A stretch of 32,000 nt of DNA from Raphidiopsis brookii D9 (GCA_000175855.1 ACYB01000016.1:30001-62000); one strand, 5' to 3'. Positions 1 to 12,238 are shown, counted from the first letter of the stretch. Notes: generated by a model from the sequence alone, not told the origin. Program-made: numbers and translations.

Positions 1-1590
1 CTTCCCATAGGTAGCGAGAGCGAGTTCCAAGGCATTGTAGATTTGGTGCGGATGCGTGCATATATTTACACTAATGACCAAGGGACAGATATTCAGGAAA
101 CAGAAATTCCAGCTGAATTAGCAGAGCAAGCGGCAGAGTATCGAGTAAAGCTGATTGAAGCAGTAGCAGAAACAGAAGATGCTCTGATGGAAAAGTATTT
201 TGCGGGTGAGGATCTCACCGAAGCGGAAATTCGTAGTGCCCTGAGAAAGGGAACAGTTTCTGGAACAATTGTACCAGTTCTTTGTGGTTCAGCCTTCAAA
301 AACAAAGGCGTACAGTTGATGTTGGATGCAGTGGTAGATTACCTACCAGCGCCAATAGATGTACCAGCAATTCAAGGTACACTGCCCAACGGGGATACAG
401 TAGAGCGGAGAGCTGAGGATAGCCAACCTCTATCAGCTTTAGCCTTCAAAATTATGGCAGATCCCTATGGAAGACTGACCTTTGTTCGGGTTTACTCTGG
501 CGTGCTGAAGAAAGGTAGTTACGTACTTAATGCTACCAAAGGTAAGAAAGAACGGATTTCTAGACTGGTAGTACTAAAAGCGGATGAGCGTCAGGACGTA
601 GAAGAACTGCGTGCTGGTGACCTAGGAGCAGCAGTAGGGTTAAAAGACACCTTGACAGGTGACACCCTATGTGATGAAGGATCCCCAGTAATTCTGGAGT
701 CCCTATTTATTCCCGAGCCGGTTATTTCCGTCGCGGTAGAGCCTAAGACCAAGAATGATATGGATAAGCTTTCCAAAGCTTTACAGGCTCTTTCAGAAGA
801 GGATCCCACCTTCCGGGTTAGTGTGGACCCAGAAACCAATCAGACGGTAATTGCTGGTATGGGGGAACTGCACCTAGAAATTCTGGTAGACCGGATGTTA
901 AGGGAATTCAAGGTAGAGGCCAACGTGGGTGCACCCCAGGTAGCCTACCGAGAAACCATCCGCAAAGCCGTCAACAGAATCGAGGGCAAATTTATCCGTC
1001 AAAGTGGCGGTAAAGGTCAATATGGTCACGTAGTCATTGACTTAGAACCGGGTGAACCTGGGACTGGCTTTGAATTCGTCTCCAAAATAGTTGGTGGTGT
1101 GGTTCCCAAAGAATACATTGGACCATCGGAGCAGGGTATGAAAGAATGCTGCGAATCCGGTGTATTAGCTGGGTATCCACTCATTGATGTGAAGGCTACC
1201 CTAATAGATGGTTCTTACCATGATGTAGACTCTTCAGAAATGGCCTTCAAAATTGCTGGGTCCATGGCTATGAAAGAAGCTGTGGCAAAAGCCTCACCCG
1301 TGCTGTTAGAACCCATGATGAAAGTTGAGGTAGAAGTACCTGAGAACTTCCTGGGTGATGTGATGGGGGATTTAAACTCTCGTCGCGGACAAATTGAGGG
1401 CATGGGTTCGGAACAGGGACTGGCTAAGGTAACTGCTAAAGTACCCCTAGCGGAAATGTTTGGCTATGCTACAGATATCCGGTCTAAAACTCAAGGACGG
1501 GGTATTTTTTCTATGGAATTTAGCCATTACGATGAAGTACCTCGCAACGTGGCTGAGGCAATTATCGCAAAAAGCAAAGGGAACGCATAA
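1..1590 (+). CDS. fusA: Elongation factor G, 5'-truncated by the window edge
   Basis: Frame 1 is open from base 1 ([23 protein letters not shown]...). The ORF-track protein shows typical EF-G segments ([45 protein letters not shown]). It lies directly upstream of tuf, as in the str operon. Confidence 0.95.
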   Translation, partial: LPIGSESEFQGIVDLVRMRAYIYTNDQGTDIQETEIPAELAEQAAEYRVKLIEAVAETEDALMEKYFAGEDLTEAEIRSALRKGTVSGTIVPVLCGSAFKNKGVQLMLDAVVDYLPAPIDVPAIQGTLPNGDTVERRAEDSQPLSALAFKIMADPYGRLTFVRVYSGVLKKGSYVLNATKGKKERISRLVVLKADERQDVEELRAGDLGAAVGLKDTLTGDTLCDEGSPVILESLFIPEPVISVAVEPKTKNDMDKLSKALQALSEEDPTFRVSVDPETNQTVIAGMGELHLEILVDRMLREFKVEANVGAPQVAYRETIRKAVNRIEGKFIRQSGGKGQYGHVVIDLEPGEPGTGFEFVSKIVGGVVPKEYIGPSEQGMKECCESGVLAGYPLIDVKATLIDGSYHDVDSSEMAFKIAGSMAMKEAVAKASPVLLEPMMKVEVEVPENFLGDVMGDLNSRRGQIEGMGSEQGLAKVTAKVPLAEMFGYATDIRSKTQGRGIFSMEFSHYDEVPRNVAEAIIAKSKGNA

Positions 1591-1608
1591 TTAAAAAAGG
1601 AGATATAC

Positions 1609-2838
1609 ATGGCACGCGCAAAGTTTGAAAGGACGAAACCTCACGTTAATATTGGTACCGTTGGCCACGTTGACCACGGTAAAACAACTTTAACAGCAGC
1701 TATTACCATGACCTTGGCCGCTTTGGGTCAAGCAGTGGCTAAGGGCTATGACCAAATTGATAATGCTCCCGAAGAAAAAGCTCGGGGTATTACCATCAAC
1801 ACTGCCCACGTTGAGTATGAAACAGAAAACCGTCACTATGCTCATGTGGATTGTCCAGGACACGCTGACTACGTGAAGAATATGATCACTGGTGCTGCAC
1901 AAATGGATGGAGGTATTTTAGTAGTAGCTGCTACTGATGGACCTATGCCTCAAACTCGTGAACACATTCTTCTAGCAAAACAAGTGGGTGTTCCTAGCTT
2001 GGTTGTCTTCTTAAACAAAGAAGATATGATGGATGACCCCGAATTGTTGGAACTGGTAGAACTGGAACTGCGGGAATTATTGACTAGTTATGAGTTTGAT
2101 GGCGATAATATTCCCATTGTCAAGGGTTCTGGTTTGAAAGCTCTGGAAGCAATGACTGCTAATCCTAAGACTCAACGAGGCGAAAATCCTTGGGTAGATA
2201 AAATCTACGAACTGATGGACGCTGTGGATTCCTATATCCCCACCCCTGAGCGCGATATAGACAGACCCTTCTTGATGGCAGTAGAAGATGTGTTCTCTAT
2301 TACTGGTCGTGGTACGGTTGCTACTGGTCGGATTGAACGTGGTAAGGTGAAGGTCGGTGATAACGTTGAATTAGTCGGTATTAGAGACACTCGAGCTACC
2401 ACGGTGACTGGGATTGAAATGTTCAAGAAGAGTCTTGAAGAAGGTATGGCTGGTGATAATGCGGGCGTGCTACTACGCGGTATTCAAAAGGCCGACATTG
2501 AACGGGGTATGGTAATTGCTAAACCCGGTTCTATTACACCCCACACCCAGTTTGAAGGTGAGGTTTATGTTCTCACCGAAAAGGAAGGTGGTCGGAAAAC
2601 CCCCTTCTTCTCTGGTTATCGTCCCCAGTTTTATGTACGGACAACCGATGTAACGGGCACTATTAAAACTTTTACTGCTGATGATGGCGGTGCTGCAGAA
2701 ATGGTAATGCCTGGAGACCGGATTAAAATGACTGTGGAATTGATTAACCCTGTAGCCATTGAACAAGGTATGCGTTTTGCTATTCGTGAGGGTGGTCGGA
2801 CTATCGGTGCGGGTGTGGTGTCGAAAATTCTAAAATAG
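1609..2838 (+). CDS. tuf: Elongation factor Tu
   Basis: 409-aa ORF with [10 protein letters not shown] (G1), DCPGH (G3) and NKED/NKxD (G4). An AGGAG Shine-Dalgarno sits 8 nt upstream of the ATG. Confidence 0.97.
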   Translation: MARAKFERTKPHVNIGTVGHVDHGKTTLTAAITMTLAALGQAVAKGYDQIDNAPEEKARGITINTAHVEYETENRHYAHVDCPGHADYVKNMITGAAQMDGGILVVAATDGPMPQTREHILLAKQVGVPSLVVFLNKEDMMDDPELLELVELELRELLTSYEFDGDNIPIVKGSGLKALEAMTANPKTQRGENPWVDKIYELMDAVDSYIPTPERDIDRPFLMAVEDVFSITGRGTVATGRIERGKVKVGDNVELVGIRDTRATTVTGIEMFKKSLEEGMAGDNAGVLLRGIQKADIERGMVIAKPGSITPHTQFEGEVYVLTEKEGGRKTPFFSGYRPQFYVRTTDVTGTIKTFTADDGGAAEMVMPGDRIKMTVELINPVAIEQGMRFAIREGGRTIGAGVVSKILK

Positions 2839-2866
2839 AACTCACCTTTTTGCTCTAAAGAAAATG

Positions 2867-2903
2867 GAGCGGAGATGGTTAAAATTCATCTCTGCTCTTT
2901 TTT
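2867..2903 (+). terminator. Hairpin plus T6 between tuf and rpsJ (intrinsic terminator or attenuator)
   Basis: gagcggagat (2867-2876) pairs with atctctgctc (2888-2897), 10 bp including one G-U. The loop is 11 nt and tttttt follows at 2898-2903. Confidence 0.55.
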
Positions 2904-2952
2904 CTTCCCTCAAGCTCTAAATCTAAAATTCACAGAACCAGGAAAACTAAAG

Positions 2953-3270
2953 ATGGCAACTTTACAGCAGCAAAAGATCAGAATTCGCTTACAAGCTTTT
3001 GACCGACGTTTATTAGATACATCTTGCGAGAAGATTGTAGATACGGCCAACCGGACTAACGCTACAGCTATTGGACCTATTCCTTTACCCACAAAACGCA
3101 AAATATATTGCGTGCTGCGTTCTCCTCACGTAGACAAGGATTCCCGTGAACACTTTGAAACCCGTACCCATCGTCGCATTATTGATATTCATCAACCATC
3201 TTCTAAAACTATTGATGCCCTGATGAAGTTGGATTTACCATCTGGTGTCGATATTGAAGTTAAACTATAG
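2953..3270 (+). CDS. rpsJ: 30S ribosomal protein S10
   Basis: The internal ATG at 2953 gives [22 protein letters not shown]...SGVDIEVKL, 105 aa, a typical S10. The 26 codons upstream in the ORF track (from 2875) overlap the tuf terminator and are rejected. Confidence 0.93.
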   Translation: MATLQQQKIRIRLQAFDRRLLDTSCEKIVDTANRTNATAIGPIPLPTKRKIYCVLRSPHVDKDSREHFETRTHRRIIDIHQPSSKTIDALMKLDLPSGVDIEVKL

Positions 3271-3320
3271 CTAAAACGCTAAATAAAGATTTGATGGGTT
3301 AAGAGTTGGCTTGACTCAAA

Positions 3321-3368
3321 AGGTGGAAAGGAGGGGAAGCAAAAACCCTTTTTTCCACTTTTGTTTTT
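3321..3368 (+). terminator. Intrinsic terminator after rpsJ
   Basis: 3321-3335 pairs with 3346-3360, about 15 bp with a few G-U pairs, around a 10-nt loop. The T-rich tract ttgttttt follows. Confidence 0.65.
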
Positions 3369-3495
3369 CCTGTTTCTGATACAATACTCTCAAATAATCT
3401 CAAGTAAAAACTTTCACCCAGACTTGGGTGTAAAATATTAGTAACATACATAGCCTTTATAAGTCTTAACAATATACTTTATCCCCTAACCCAAA

Positions 3496-4145
3496 ATGAC
3501 ATCTTCCCCCAAAATTGCCGTCCGCGAACTACCCCTTTTCCCCTACCGGAAGTGGTGCTTTTCCCCACTAGACCTTTACCCCTCCATGTGTTCGAGTTTC
3601 GCTACCGAATTATGATGAATACTATTTTAGAGAGCGATCGCCGGTTTGGGGTGTTAATGGTAAATCCAATCAATGGTGCTATAGCCAATGTTGGGTGTTG
3701 TGCGGAAATAATTCATTATCAGCGATTGGAAGATGGCAGAATGGAAATCTTAACTTTAGGACAACAAAGATTTCGAGTGCTTGAGTATGTGAGAGAAAAA
3801 CCCTATCGTGTAGGTTTAGTGGAGTGGATGGAAGAAAATCCACCAGCTTTAGATTTAAGACCTTTAGCTGGGGAAGTAGAGCAGCTGTTGCGTGATGTAG
3901 TTCGGCTATCTTCCAAATTAACGGACAGGGATATTGAATTGCCAGAAGATTTGCCAGATTTACCAAGGGAGCTATCTTATTGGGTAGCCAGTAACCTATA
4001 CGGTGTAGCCGATGAACAACAAGCACTGTTGGAATTACAGGATACCCAAGCTCGATTAAACAGGGAAGCGGAAATCTTGACATCTACTCGTAATCATCTA
4101 GCCGCACGTTCAGTCTTGAAAGATACCTTTGATGATATAAAGTAA
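3496..4145 (+). CDS. LON N-terminal (PUA-like) domain protein; frameshifted as assembled (intact ORF 3552..4145, GTG start)
   Basis: The ORF-track protein VLFPTRPLPLHVFEFRYRIMMN... is the LON substrate-binding N-domain motif. The ATG at 3496 in frame 1 encodes MTSSPKIAVRELPLFP. That joins LPEVVLFPTRPLPLH in frame 3 only if the C4 run at 3540-3543 were C5. Confidence 0.7.
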
Positions 4146-4364
4146 TATATGTCAAAATCCGATTTTATGGAGTGGGCAATTTTTTGCATGTACCCTGGGA
4201 GGGGTTTTTAGGTCATTTTAGGGACTAAAAAGCCAAAACATATTATTTATGACCAAAAACCTCAATATATCAAAACTTTAATGGTTCTAACTCCAATTAT
4301 TTAGGGTATAACATGAGAATATGTTTATCAAAAACTTTGGTTTTTGCCTTGGACACCTATTTTT

Positions 4365-4631
4365 ATGGACATTCAGTTAATCAACATTGGTTTTGGCAAC
4401 ATAGTTTCTGCTAATCGGGTAATTGCCATTGTCAGTCCCGAATCAGCACCTATTAAGCGAATTATTGGCGATGCGAAAGATAGAGGACAATTAGTTGACG
4501 CCACCTATGGTCGTCGCACTAGGGCGGTAATTATCACTGATTCTAGCCATGTTATTCTCTCAGCAATTCAACCAGAAACAGTGGCCAATCGTTTTGTTCT
4601 TTCCCGTGACCATCACACAGCTGATAATTGA
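4365..4631 (+). CDS. remA: RemA/DUF370 family small regulator
   Basis: [34 protein letters not shown]...[11 protein letters not shown] matches the conserved RemA/YlzA pattern. It lies directly upstream of gmk, the conserved remA-gmk pairing. ATG 4365 is preferred over TTG 4344. Confidence 0.75.
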   Translation: MDIQLINIGFGNIVSANRVIAIVSPESAPIKRIIGDAKDRGQLVDATYGRRTRAVIITDSSHVILSAIQPETVANRFVLSRDHHTADN

Positions 4632-4661
4632 GATAATTGATAATAAGTTCCAAATTAGACA

Positions 4662-5252
4662 ATGCAATTTTTACGTCTTATTTCCAGTGCTAATACTCAC
4701 CCCGGTAAGCTAATTGTTCTAACAGGTCCTAGTGGAGTTGGTAAGGGAACTTTAATGCAAAAACTTTTGGCACAACATCCCCAATTGTATTATTCAGTTT
4801 CTGCTACTACTCGCTCTCCTCGTCCCGGAGAAATTGATGGCAAAAGTTATTTCTTTATCACCCCCAACAGTTTTCAAGAGTTAGTTGCTCAGGGGGAATT
4901 TTTGGAGTGGGCAGAATTTGCTGGTAATTATTATGGAACCCCTCGTGCTGCTGTTCTCCAGCAAATTCAGTTGGGAAGATCGGTAATTTTAGAAATTGAA
5001 TTGGCCGGGGCCAGACAAATCAAAGCTTCTTACCCTGACGCTTTAAGCATTTTTATTTTGCCTCCTTCATTTCTAGAATTAGAAAACCGCATCCGATCAA
5101 GAGGACAAGATTCGGATGAAGCCATCACTCGTCGTCTTAACCGAGCTAAGGAAGAAATTAAAGCCGCTTCAGAATTTGATATTCAAATTGTTAATGATGA
5201 CCTCTCTACAACGTTAAATGAACTGGAAACTATTTTAAAACCTATTTTTTAA
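4662..5252 (+). CDS. gmk: Guanylate kinase
   Basis: P-loop [28 protein letters not shown] and the [13 protein letters not shown] motifs. Confidence 0.9.
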   Translation: MQFLRLISSANTHPGKLIVLTGPSGVGKGTLMQKLLAQHPQLYYSVSATTRSPRPGEIDGKSYFFITPNSFQELVAQGEFLEWAEFAGNYYGTPRAAVLQQIQLGRSVILEIELAGARQIKASYPDALSIFILPPSFLELENRIRSRGQDSDEAITRRLNRAKEEIKAASEFDIQIVNDDLSTTLNELETILKPIF

Positions 5253-5342
5253 AAACTATTTCAAGTTTTTCAGAATGAAATAATAACTTTCTCCTTCACC
5301 ACCACACCATAATCAGGTGTGGGGGCGTAGAAATTATGGAAA

Positions 5343-5864
5343 TTAACCAATTAAACCTTGAATAATTCCAGAGTTCAGGGTCAAAAAGAAAGCAACTACA
5401 GCACCACCAATACCACCAATTAAGAACGCACTGGTGAAGTTATTCCAACTTTCCTTGGAATTAAATGCGTCCCCTGGAACTTTAGTTACCGTTACACTCG
5501 CTAGCGCTGGAGCAGGATTGCTATTAGCATACAGAGACAGACATGCGGTAAGAATGATAACTAAACCCACACTGCCCAATAATCCAGCTAAATTGGCATT
5601 GGCAGAATCACGTAGGGGACCTAACTTATCAAAAGGACCAAAAAGTAAGTAGCCATGTGCCATGCCCACTTCTAGTCCCCGTCTAAAAGGAGTTAGTCCT
5701 GGTCTATAAGCAGGTAAGTTGCCAATAAACCACTTAACCAAAGGTGATGAGTTAACTGGGGTTTCCAAGTTTCCATCCTGGGGATTACCACCAGCTGCTC
5801 TTACAGTTTGCTGATTTCTGGGATCACTGGGGAGATTTTTAGATTTATTTGCTGCTTGTGCCAT
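5343..5864 (-). CDS. psaL: Photosystem I reaction centre subunit XI
   Basis: 173 aa with NLPAYRPGLTPFRRGLEVGMAHGYLLFGPF, typical of PsaL. It clusters with psaJ and psaF. Confidence 0.93.
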   Translation of the reverse strand: MAQAANKSKNLPSDPRNQQTVRAAGGNPQDGNLETPVNSSPLVKWFIGNLPAYRPGLTPFRRGLEVGMAHGYLLFGPFDKLGPLRDSANANLAGLLGSVGLVIILTACLSLYANSNPAPALASVTVTKVPGDAFNSKESWNNFTSAFLIGGIGGAVVAFFLTLNSGIIQGLIG

Positions 5865-5988
5865 GTTTTGTATTGCCTCAATATTGCTTCAACATTATGG
5901 TCGGTAAACAGTTGTCAAGGATAGGTTGAGATGTGGTTAACTCTCCTAAACTGTTTACCGATCAAGACTATATTTCGGTCTAGCTGGC

Positions 5989-6138
5989 CTAGGGTAGGGG
6001 GTGGAACAGTAGGTCAGGGAAAAAGCGGTTAAATTCGATGAGAATACCCGCTGTGATAGTCAGCCAAATTGTAGCTGCTACGGGAGCTGTGGAAATAAAC
6101 TTGATTAAGTAGGATGATTGATCGCTTTTATCAGCCAT
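5989..6138 (-). CDS. psaJ: Photosystem I subunit IX
   Basis: Hand translation of the minus strand gives [49 protein letters not shown] (49 aa). It is below the ORF-track size cut-off and lies between psaF and psaL. Confidence 0.9.
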   Translation of the reverse strand: MADKSDQSSYLIKFISTAPVAATIWLTITAGILIEFNRFFPDLLFHPLP

Positions 6139-6178
6139 GGATTTAGTCTCCGAAAACAAGTGGATAGGAGCAGATGAA

Positions 6179-6673
6179 CTAGCGAGGAGAAACGGTAATT
6201 TCTGAGTCCTTAGCAGTTAATTCACCAGAGAGAAATTCTTTAATCGCTGCTGCTGGCCAAGCAAACCCAGTGGTGATAATGGGTAGTGCTAAACCCAGAT
6301 CAATTTGGATCTCTTTTTGCTCGCTATCAGCTTCTTTTTTGATTGCTTGTAAATAAGCACGGCCTACCCAACCAATCCAACCAGCAATGTAAAGGAAGAG
6401 AATACTAGGAATTAAAAAGTCCCCTGCACGATCTAAACGACCGTCAACAATTAGGTGGGGATAGCCCTCAGGACCACATAAAGCCTGTGAATATCGTTCA
6501 AACCGCTTTTTCCCAGATTCGGGGTCAGCAGTGGTATTACGGGCATTTAGAGCCAGATCTTGAAAAGCGGGAGAGTCTTTACAAGGAACAAGGTTGGCAC
6601 CCAGGGCGTGGGCCTGAGGGGCAAAATTGAACCAGAGACCAATCGCTAAAATCAAAGCAAACAATCGTCGCAT
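6179..6673 (-). CDS. psaF: Photosystem I subunit III (plastocyanin/cytochrome c6 docking)
   Basis: 164 aa with a signal peptide, [10 protein letters not shown], and the C-terminal [23 protein letters not shown] membrane segment. Confidence 0.93.
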   Translation of the reverse strand: MRRLFALILAIGLWFNFAPQAHALGANLVPCKDSPAFQDLALNARNTTADPESGKKRFERYSQALCGPEGYPHLIVDGRLDRAGDFLIPSILFLYIAGWIGWVGRAYLQAIKKEADSEQKEIQIDLGLALPIITTGFAWPAAAIKEFLSGELTAKDSEITVSPR

Positions 6674-6896
6674 GGAGTTGTTTCCCTTTGTTACAAAAAA
6701 GTAAGTTTTGTGTACAAAACGAAGCGGCCTGTACAGTGTGGGATTTGGATAACTAGCAAGTCATCATACTCTTGGCGGGGAATCGAGTAAAGTTGAAGTA
6801 AATAAAAGTTAAAGCTTCGCAACCAAAAGTAAGATTTGACGACTTGGGGGATTGGACCTATTTCCCATTCCCATTTTCTCACACCTAGAACAACTT

Positions 6897-7940
6897 ATGA
6901 CAACTATATTAGCTATCGAAACCAGTTGTGATGAGACTGCTGTGGCTATCGTTAAAAATCGTTACGTGAAAAGCAGTGTCATAGCTTCCCAGATTCCTCT
7001 CCATCAGCGGTATGGTGGAGTGGTTCCAGAGGTGGCTTCTAGACAACATTTAGAAACAATTAATCAGGTAATAGCACAGGCCCTAGATGACAGTTTGATG
7101 GACTGGGGAGAAATTGATGGTGTTGCTGCTACTTGTGCCCCTGGACTGGTGGGAGCTTTATTAGTGGGTCTCACTGCTGGAAAAACTTTGGCTATGGTCC
7201 ATAAAAAGCCTTTTTTGGGAGTTCACCACCTAGAAGGTCATATTTATGCTACCTATTTGGCTGAACCTGATTTGAATCCCCCCTTTCTTAGCTTACTTGT
7301 TTCCGGTGGACATACAAGCTTGATTTATGTTCAAGATTGCGGTAAGTACGAAACTTTGGGACAAACTGTTGATGATGCTGCAGGTGAGGCCTTTGATAAG
7401 GTAGCTCGCTTATTGGGCTTAGCTTATCCCGGTGGTCCAATTATTGACCAGTTGGCACAAATGGGCAATCCCCATGCTTTCTCTTTGCCAGAAGGCAAAA
7501 TTTCTTTGCCCCAAGGTGGTTATCACCCCTATAATTCTAGTTTTAGTGGTCTAAAAACAGCTGTGTTAAGGCTTGTGCAACAATTTCAAAAAGATGGTGA
7601 GACAATACCTGTAGCAGATATTGCCGCCAGCTTTCAAGCAACTTTGGCTAAAGCCTTGACTAAAAGGGCGATCGCCTGTGCCTGCGACTATGGTATAAAA
7701 ACAATTGCTATAGGTGGTGGTGTGGCAGCTAACAGTGGGCTTAGACAATACTTAGAAGCTGCTGCTAGAGAGCATAATCTCCGGGTTCTTTTCCCCCCCT
7801 TAAAATTCTGTACTGATAATGCTGCTATGATTGCTTGTGCCGCATCTGACCATCTCTCACGTGGTCACCGGTCTAATTGGACTTTAGGGGTTCATTCCCG
7901 ACTACCTGTGACTCAGGTAATGGATTTATATAAAGTTTAA
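6897..7940 (+). CDS. tsaD: tRNA N6-adenosine threonylcarbamoyltransferase (Kae1/TsaD)
   Basis: [19 protein letters not shown]..., HHLEGH and GGVAAN motifs. ATG 6897 is preferred to the ORF-track start at 6852. Confidence 0.9.
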   Translation: MTTILAIETSCDETAVAIVKNRYVKSSVIASQIPLHQRYGGVVPEVASRQHLETINQVIAQALDDSLMDWGEIDGVAATCAPGLVGALLVGLTAGKTLAMVHKKPFLGVHHLEGHIYATYLAEPDLNPPFLSLLVSGGHTSLIYVQDCGKYETLGQTVDDAAGEAFDKVARLLGLAYPGGPIIDQLAQMGNPHAFSLPEGKISLPQGGYHPYNSSFSGLKTAVLRLVQQFQKDGETIPVADIAASFQATLAKALTKRAIACACDYGIKTIAIGGGVAANSGLRQYLEAAAREHNLRVLFPPLKFCTDNAAMIACAASDHLSRGHRSNWTLGVHSRLPVTQVMDLYKV

Positions 7941-8797
7941 CCAGTAATAATTGAAATAATATGTTTACTAACTGCATCCGGTTGCTCTAGCATGGCCAGA
8001 TGGCCACAATTGGGAATTTCGATCACATTATCGCCAACATATTGAAAGAGCCAATGAAAGCTGGCCAAATGACGTACATACTTAGGTTCGATCACTTTAT
8101 CATCAGCACCGGTTAAAAAGTAAACGGGCTGTTTTATCTGTGAAACTAACTGAGGTAAACTATTCACTTCCTCTTCAGTTGTGTAACTCATAAGTGTCCC
8201 TATGGCTGATTGAGGATCAGCAATGATAAAATCCATAATTCTTTGACGGGCCCAGTGCCGATCCAAAGGACGTGCCACATTAGTTCTAGTAAAAAACAAA
8301 TCAATTAAAGGGAGTTGATAAAGCCAACGAGGTCGGATTTGTAGAAACTTTTGACCGGTGGCACGGAACCGCTCAAAGGCCTCTTTTAAGTAAATTCCAC
8401 CACCAGCATTAATACAAATTACACCTTGAACTAAGTTTGGCCATTGGAGTGCAGTTCTTAAAGCAATTGTACCTCCCCAGGAATGACCAATTAGCCAGAC
8501 TCTAGAAATACTCAATAATTCCAGGAGGGCAATGAGGTCCTGAGAATAGGCCCCAGTGGAATAGGGAGAATGCTCATGAGATTTATGGGGTTGATCATAG
8601 GATTGGCATTGAGATTCCCCAAAACCACGCAAATCGTATGACAGGCACTGAAAATCAACGGAAAGACGGGAAATTAGCGGTTGCCAATAGCTACGACTAT
8701 TTAGCCAACCGTGGATAAACACTATAGTGTCAGGGTGGGAGGTAGGGACTGTTAATTCGTAAGCGTGTGGAACGCCAAGTATTTCTATTTTTGCCAT
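7937..8797 (-). CDS. Alpha/beta-fold hydrolase
   Basis: HGW oxyanion region (VFIHGWLNS), nucleophile elbow GHSWGG and a C-terminal GH ([11 protein letters not shown]). Its stop overlaps the tsaD stop in the TTAA at 7937-7940. Confidence 0.75.
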   Translation of the reverse strand: MAKIEILGVPHAYELTVPTSHPDTIVFIHGWLNSRSYWQPLISRLSVDFQCLSYDLRGFGESQCQSYDQPHKSHEHSPYSTGAYSQDLIALLELLSISRVWLIGHSWGGTIALRTALQWPNLVQGVICINAGGGIYLKEAFERFRATGQKFLQIRPRWLYQLPLIDLFFTRTNVARPLDRHWARQRIMDFIIADPQSAIGTLMSYTTEEEVNSLPQLVSQIKQPVYFLTGADDKVIEPKYVRHLASFHWLFQYVGDNVIEIPNCGHLAMLEQPDAVSKHIISIITG

Positions 8798-9079
8798 ACC
8801 CGGGGTTTGATAGGGGAAGTTAAATCAATTACAGTCAAGTTTCCTAGACTATTTTAACCTGTTCCATAACCCAACTATAAAATCTGGAACTGGAAGTGCT
8901 AAAGTTAAAAGTGTGTGAAAAATCTGATCCAGAATCACGATCACCCTTTTTAACCTCCTTACTATTCAACTTACCCCCTGTGGTTATTGAACAGAGATTA
9001 AATGGTGCAAGCGTTTTCCTAGATTAGTGCGCACTGTCAAATATTAACAACTTATTCGTGTTACCCGAACCGCATTGGC

Positions 9080-9607
9080 ATGGGTTTTTGGAAAACTTGG
9101 TTTACTAATTCCAACTCTGTAGCAACAACTAAAACCGGCACATTTTATGAGTATGCACGGGGAGATAAGCGTAATTCTAACGTCAGTGACGATACCATTG
9201 CTTTCAGCACTGAACGAGATATTGATCTATACGAACTGGAAGAACTCTGTGATGCGGTTGGTTGGTCGCGTCGTCCCCTAAGAAAAGTGAAAAGAGCCAT
9301 TGACCATAGCTTCCTCGTAGCCTCCATGTGGCAAATAGGAGGGAGCAAAAAGCGGTTAATTGGTTTTGCTCGTGCTACCTCAGATCATGCTTTTAATGCC
9401 ACTATTTGGGATGTGGTAGTTCATCCAGACTTCCAAAATCAAGGTTTGGGTAAGGCATTGATGAAATTTGTTCTCAAAAAACTCAGAAACGAGGGAATTA
9501 GTAATGTGACTCTTTTTGCTGACGCCCATGTGGTGGACTTCTACCGCACTATGGGGTTTATCTCAGACCCGGAGGGGATTAAGGGGATGTTCTGGTACCC
9601 TGATTGA
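9080..9607 (+). CDS. GNAT family N-acetyltransferase
   Basis: Acetyl-CoA binding motif A ([17 protein letters not shown]) and a C-terminal FY..MGF segment. Confidence 0.75.
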   Translation: MGFWKTWFTNSNSVATTKTGTFYEYARGDKRNSNVSDDTIAFSTERDIDLYELEELCDAVGWSRRPLRKVKRAIDHSFLVASMWQIGGSKKRLIGFARATSDHAFNATIWDVVVHPDFQNQGLGKALMKFVLKKLRNEGISNVTLFADAHVVDFYRTMGFISDPEGIKGMFWYPD

Positions 9608-9641
9608 TCCTGGGAAAGAGAAATGGAGGTTATTAAGAAAA

Positions 9642-9715
9642 TCGGGATGACAGGATTTGAACCTGCGGCATCCTGCTCCCAAAGCAGGCGCGCTACCAAG
9701 CTGCGCTACATCCCG
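9642..9715 (-). tRNA. tRNA-Pro (anticodon UGG)
   Basis: The reverse complement is CGGGATGTAGCGCAGCTTGGTAGCGCGCCTGCTTTGGGAGCAGGATGCCGCAGGTTCAAATCCTGTCATCCCGA. It folds as a cloverleaf with anticodon loop TTTGGGA. No CCA is encoded. Confidence 0.9.
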
Positions 9716-9950
9716 ATGAGTGGGCTTTTATGTGGAGTGGAACTTTTACGCACCATATAACACCACACACCATATAAAAACTAACTTATTTTTTTTGTTT
9801 TGTCAACAGCAACTCCACTTTTTTTGAAAGTTAGTGGAAGTTAGGCATGGTGACTCGACAATTTGTTAAACTTTTAATGGCAGTCTGTGGGATCGTTCCC
9901 AGATGTTTCAAACAAGATACGCTAATTCAAAACAAGGAGAATCACAGCAA

Positions 9951-10055
9951 ATGGGCGGGGAAATTTTAAATGCAGGCATTTTGTCCTTCGGACTGATTTT
10001 CGCTGGTTGGGCTATCGGTGCCCTACTGCTGAAAATTCAGGGAGCAGGAGAATAG
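9951..10055 (+). CDS. petM: Cytochrome b6-f complex subunit 7
   Basis: Hand translation gives [34 protein letters not shown] (34 aa). An AAGGAG SD lies 11 nt upstream. The gene is below the ORF-track size cut-off. Confidence 0.85.
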   Translation: MGGEILNAGILSFGLIFAGWAIGALLLKIQGAGE

Positions 10056-10193
10056 ATTCAAAAAAATGGGTAACTCCCCACCTGGGGGTGGGGGATCCCA
10101 ACTACAAAAATGTGAAAAATGTAAAGTTTTATTTCCATACCTGAACTCTGTTAAAATTTTTATCACAAAACATAAAAATTTATAACGACCATA

Positions 10194-11192
10194 ATGACAT
10201 TACTAGTTGTTGGTGCTACTGGCACTCTTGGCAGACAAGTTGTTCGTCGTGCTGTAGATGAGGGTTACAAAGTCCGCTGTTTAGTGAGAAGTCTGAAAAA
10301 AGCAGCATTTCTGAAAGAGTGGGGCGCTGAACTGGTAAAAGGGGACTTGTGTTATCCAGAAACCTTAGTCGGTGCTTTAGAAGGTGTAACGCAGGTAATA
10401 GACGCTTCTACTTCTCGTGCCACAGATTCATTAACTATTAAACAAGTAGACTGGGAAGGTAAAGTAGCATTAATTCAAGCTGCTAAGTCTGCTGGTATAG
10501 AGCGGTTTATTTTCTTCTCAATTTTGGATGCTGACAAATATCCCAATGTTCCCCTGATGGAAATTAAGCGTTGTACAGAGTTGTTCATAGTTGAATCTGG
10601 TTTAAACTATACAATTTTAAGACTAGCTGGTTTTATGCAAGGGCTGATTGGCCAATATGGCATTCCTATTTTAGAAAATCAGCCAGTGTGGGTAACTGGT
10701 GAGTCTTCACCGGTAGCTTATATGGATACCCTAGATATTGCTAAGTTTGCAATTCGGGCCCTGACTGTACCAGAAACTGAGAAACAAACCTTTCCTCTAG
10801 TTGGGACTCGTGCTTGGAGTGCAGAAGAAATAATTGATATTTGTGAGCGACTATCAGGAAAAGATGCCAAAATCACACGAATGCCCTTAGGTCTGCTACG
10901 GGGTGTTCAAGGCCTGCTGCGATTTTTTCAGTGGGGGTGGAATGTGGCTGATAGACTGGCTTTTTCGGAAGTTCTAGCTAGTGGTAAACCTCTAAATGCT
11001 TCTATGGACGAAGTATACACAGTATTCGGACTAGATAAACAACAAACTACTACTGTAGAAATTTACTTACAAGAGTACTTTAGCAGGATTATGAAAAAGC
11101 TAAAAGAGTTAGACTACCAGAAAGCAAAAGAGAAAAAGAAAAAAGACAAAAAAACTCCTTTCAAGCAGTCTACAAAAGTTAATAGTCAATAA
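10194..11192 (+). CDS. ycf39: NmrA/atypical-SDR NAD(P)-binding protein, Ycf39-like (PSII assembly factor homologue)
   Basis: An N-terminal Rossmann motif [13 protein letters not shown] and the overall pattern resemble cyanobacterial Ycf39 from memory. It has a Lys-rich C-terminal tail. Confidence 0.7.
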   Translation: MTLLVVGATGTLGRQVVRRAVDEGYKVRCLVRSLKKAAFLKEWGAELVKGDLCYPETLVGALEGVTQVIDASTSRATDSLTIKQVDWEGKVALIQAAKSAGIERFIFFSILDADKYPNVPLMEIKRCTELFIVESGLNYTILRLAGFMQGLIGQYGIPILENQPVWVTGESSPVAYMDTLDIAKFAIRALTVPETEKQTFPLVGTRAWSAEEIIDICERLSGKDAKITRMPLGLLRGVQGLLRFFQWGWNVADRLAFSEVLASGKPLNASMDEVYTVFGLDKQQTTTVEIYLQEYFSRIMKKLKELDYQKAKEKKKKDKKTPFKQSTKVNSQ

Positions 11193-11275
11193 AATTCCCA
11201 ACCGGTGACTATATTATTCCAAAATGTGTCAGGATAACTAAATATCAAGCAGCGCCCAAACCTGGATGTTTTAAT

Positions 11276-12193
11276 GTGCCAAAAGCAGGCATTATCTACA
11301 ATGACGTAAAACCGATAGCGGTTCGAGTCGCTATCGAACTCAAAGACCAGCTGACCGCCGCTGGTTGGGATGTGTGTATGACAGCAAGTATTGGTGGTAT
11401 ATTGGGCTACTCTAACCCTGATAGTCCCGTACGCCACACGCCCATATCAGGTCTTACACCTCCCGGATTTGACTCAGATATGGGGTTCGCAGTGGTATTA
11501 GGTGGAGATGGGACAGTTTTAGCAGCTTCTCGTCAAGTTGCTCCCTCTGGTGTACCATTGTTAACTGTGAATACAGGTCACATGGGATTTTTGACGGAGA
11601 CCTATCTGAATCAGCTGCCCACAGCTATGGAGCAGGTGATAGAGGGTCACTATGAAATCGAAGACCGAGCCATGCTGAACGTTCAAGTCTGGAGGGGAGA
11701 CTCAGTTCTGTGGGAAGCTCTTTGTTTAAATGAAATGGTACTGCATCGAGAACCACTAACCTCGATGTGCCATTTTGAAATTGAAATAGGTCGTCATGCA
11801 GCTGTGGATATTGCCGCAGATGGTGTGATTGTTTCTACTCCCACAGGTTCGACAGCCTACTCCTTAAGTGCTGGCGGTCCGGTGATTGCCCCGGGCGTGC
11901 CCGTAATGCAATTGGTTCCCATTTGTCCCCATTCTCTAGCTTCAAGAGCTTTAGTGTTTCCCGATCATGAACCAGTAAGTATTTACCCGGTTAACATCCC
12001 TCGGTTGGTGATGGTCGTTGATGGCAATGGTGGGTGTTTTGTTTTGTCTGAGGATCGGGTATATTTACGGCGATCGGAATACAAGGCTAGATTTATACGC
12101 TTGCAACCACCAGAGTTTTTCCGAATTTTACGGGAGAAATTGGGTTGGGGACTACCCCATATTGCTAAACCCAGTTCAGTGGAGTTGCCATAA
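11276..12193 (+). CDS. nadK: NAD+ kinase
   Basis: GGDGT motif ([10 protein letters not shown]), and the NEMVL and [16 protein letters not shown] motifs. GTG start as in the ORF track. Confidence 0.85.
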   Translation: MPKAGIIYNDVKPIAVRVAIELKDQLTAAGWDVCMTASIGGILGYSNPDSPVRHTPISGLTPPGFDSDMGFAVVLGGDGTVLAASRQVAPSGVPLLTVNTGHMGFLTETYLNQLPTAMEQVIEGHYEIEDRAMLNVQVWRGDSVLWEALCLNEMVLHREPLTSMCHFEIEIGRHAAVDIAADGVIVSTPTGSTAYSLSAGGPVIAPGVPVMQLVPICPHSLASRALVFPDHEPVSIYPVNIPRLVMVVDGNGGCFVLSEDRVYLRRSEYKARFIRLQPPEFFRILREKLGWGLPHIAKPSSVELP

Positions 12194-12238
12194 CTTTTGA
12201 TCATTATCGAGCTGTAAACCCTTATCGGAAAAATCAAT

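Noticed and set aside
93-2766. Six antisense ORFs of 62-97 aa inside fusA and tuf (93..305, 591..839, 1215..1403, 1690..1902, 2232..2426, 2473..2766)
   Set aside because: They lie entirely within highly conserved, strongly supported genes on the opposite strand. They have no motifs and are typical shadow ORFs.
2875-2952. N-terminal extension of rpsJ in the ORF track ([26 protein letters not shown])
   Set aside because: It overlaps the tuf terminator hairpin and T-tract. S10 proteins start at [13 protein letters not shown].
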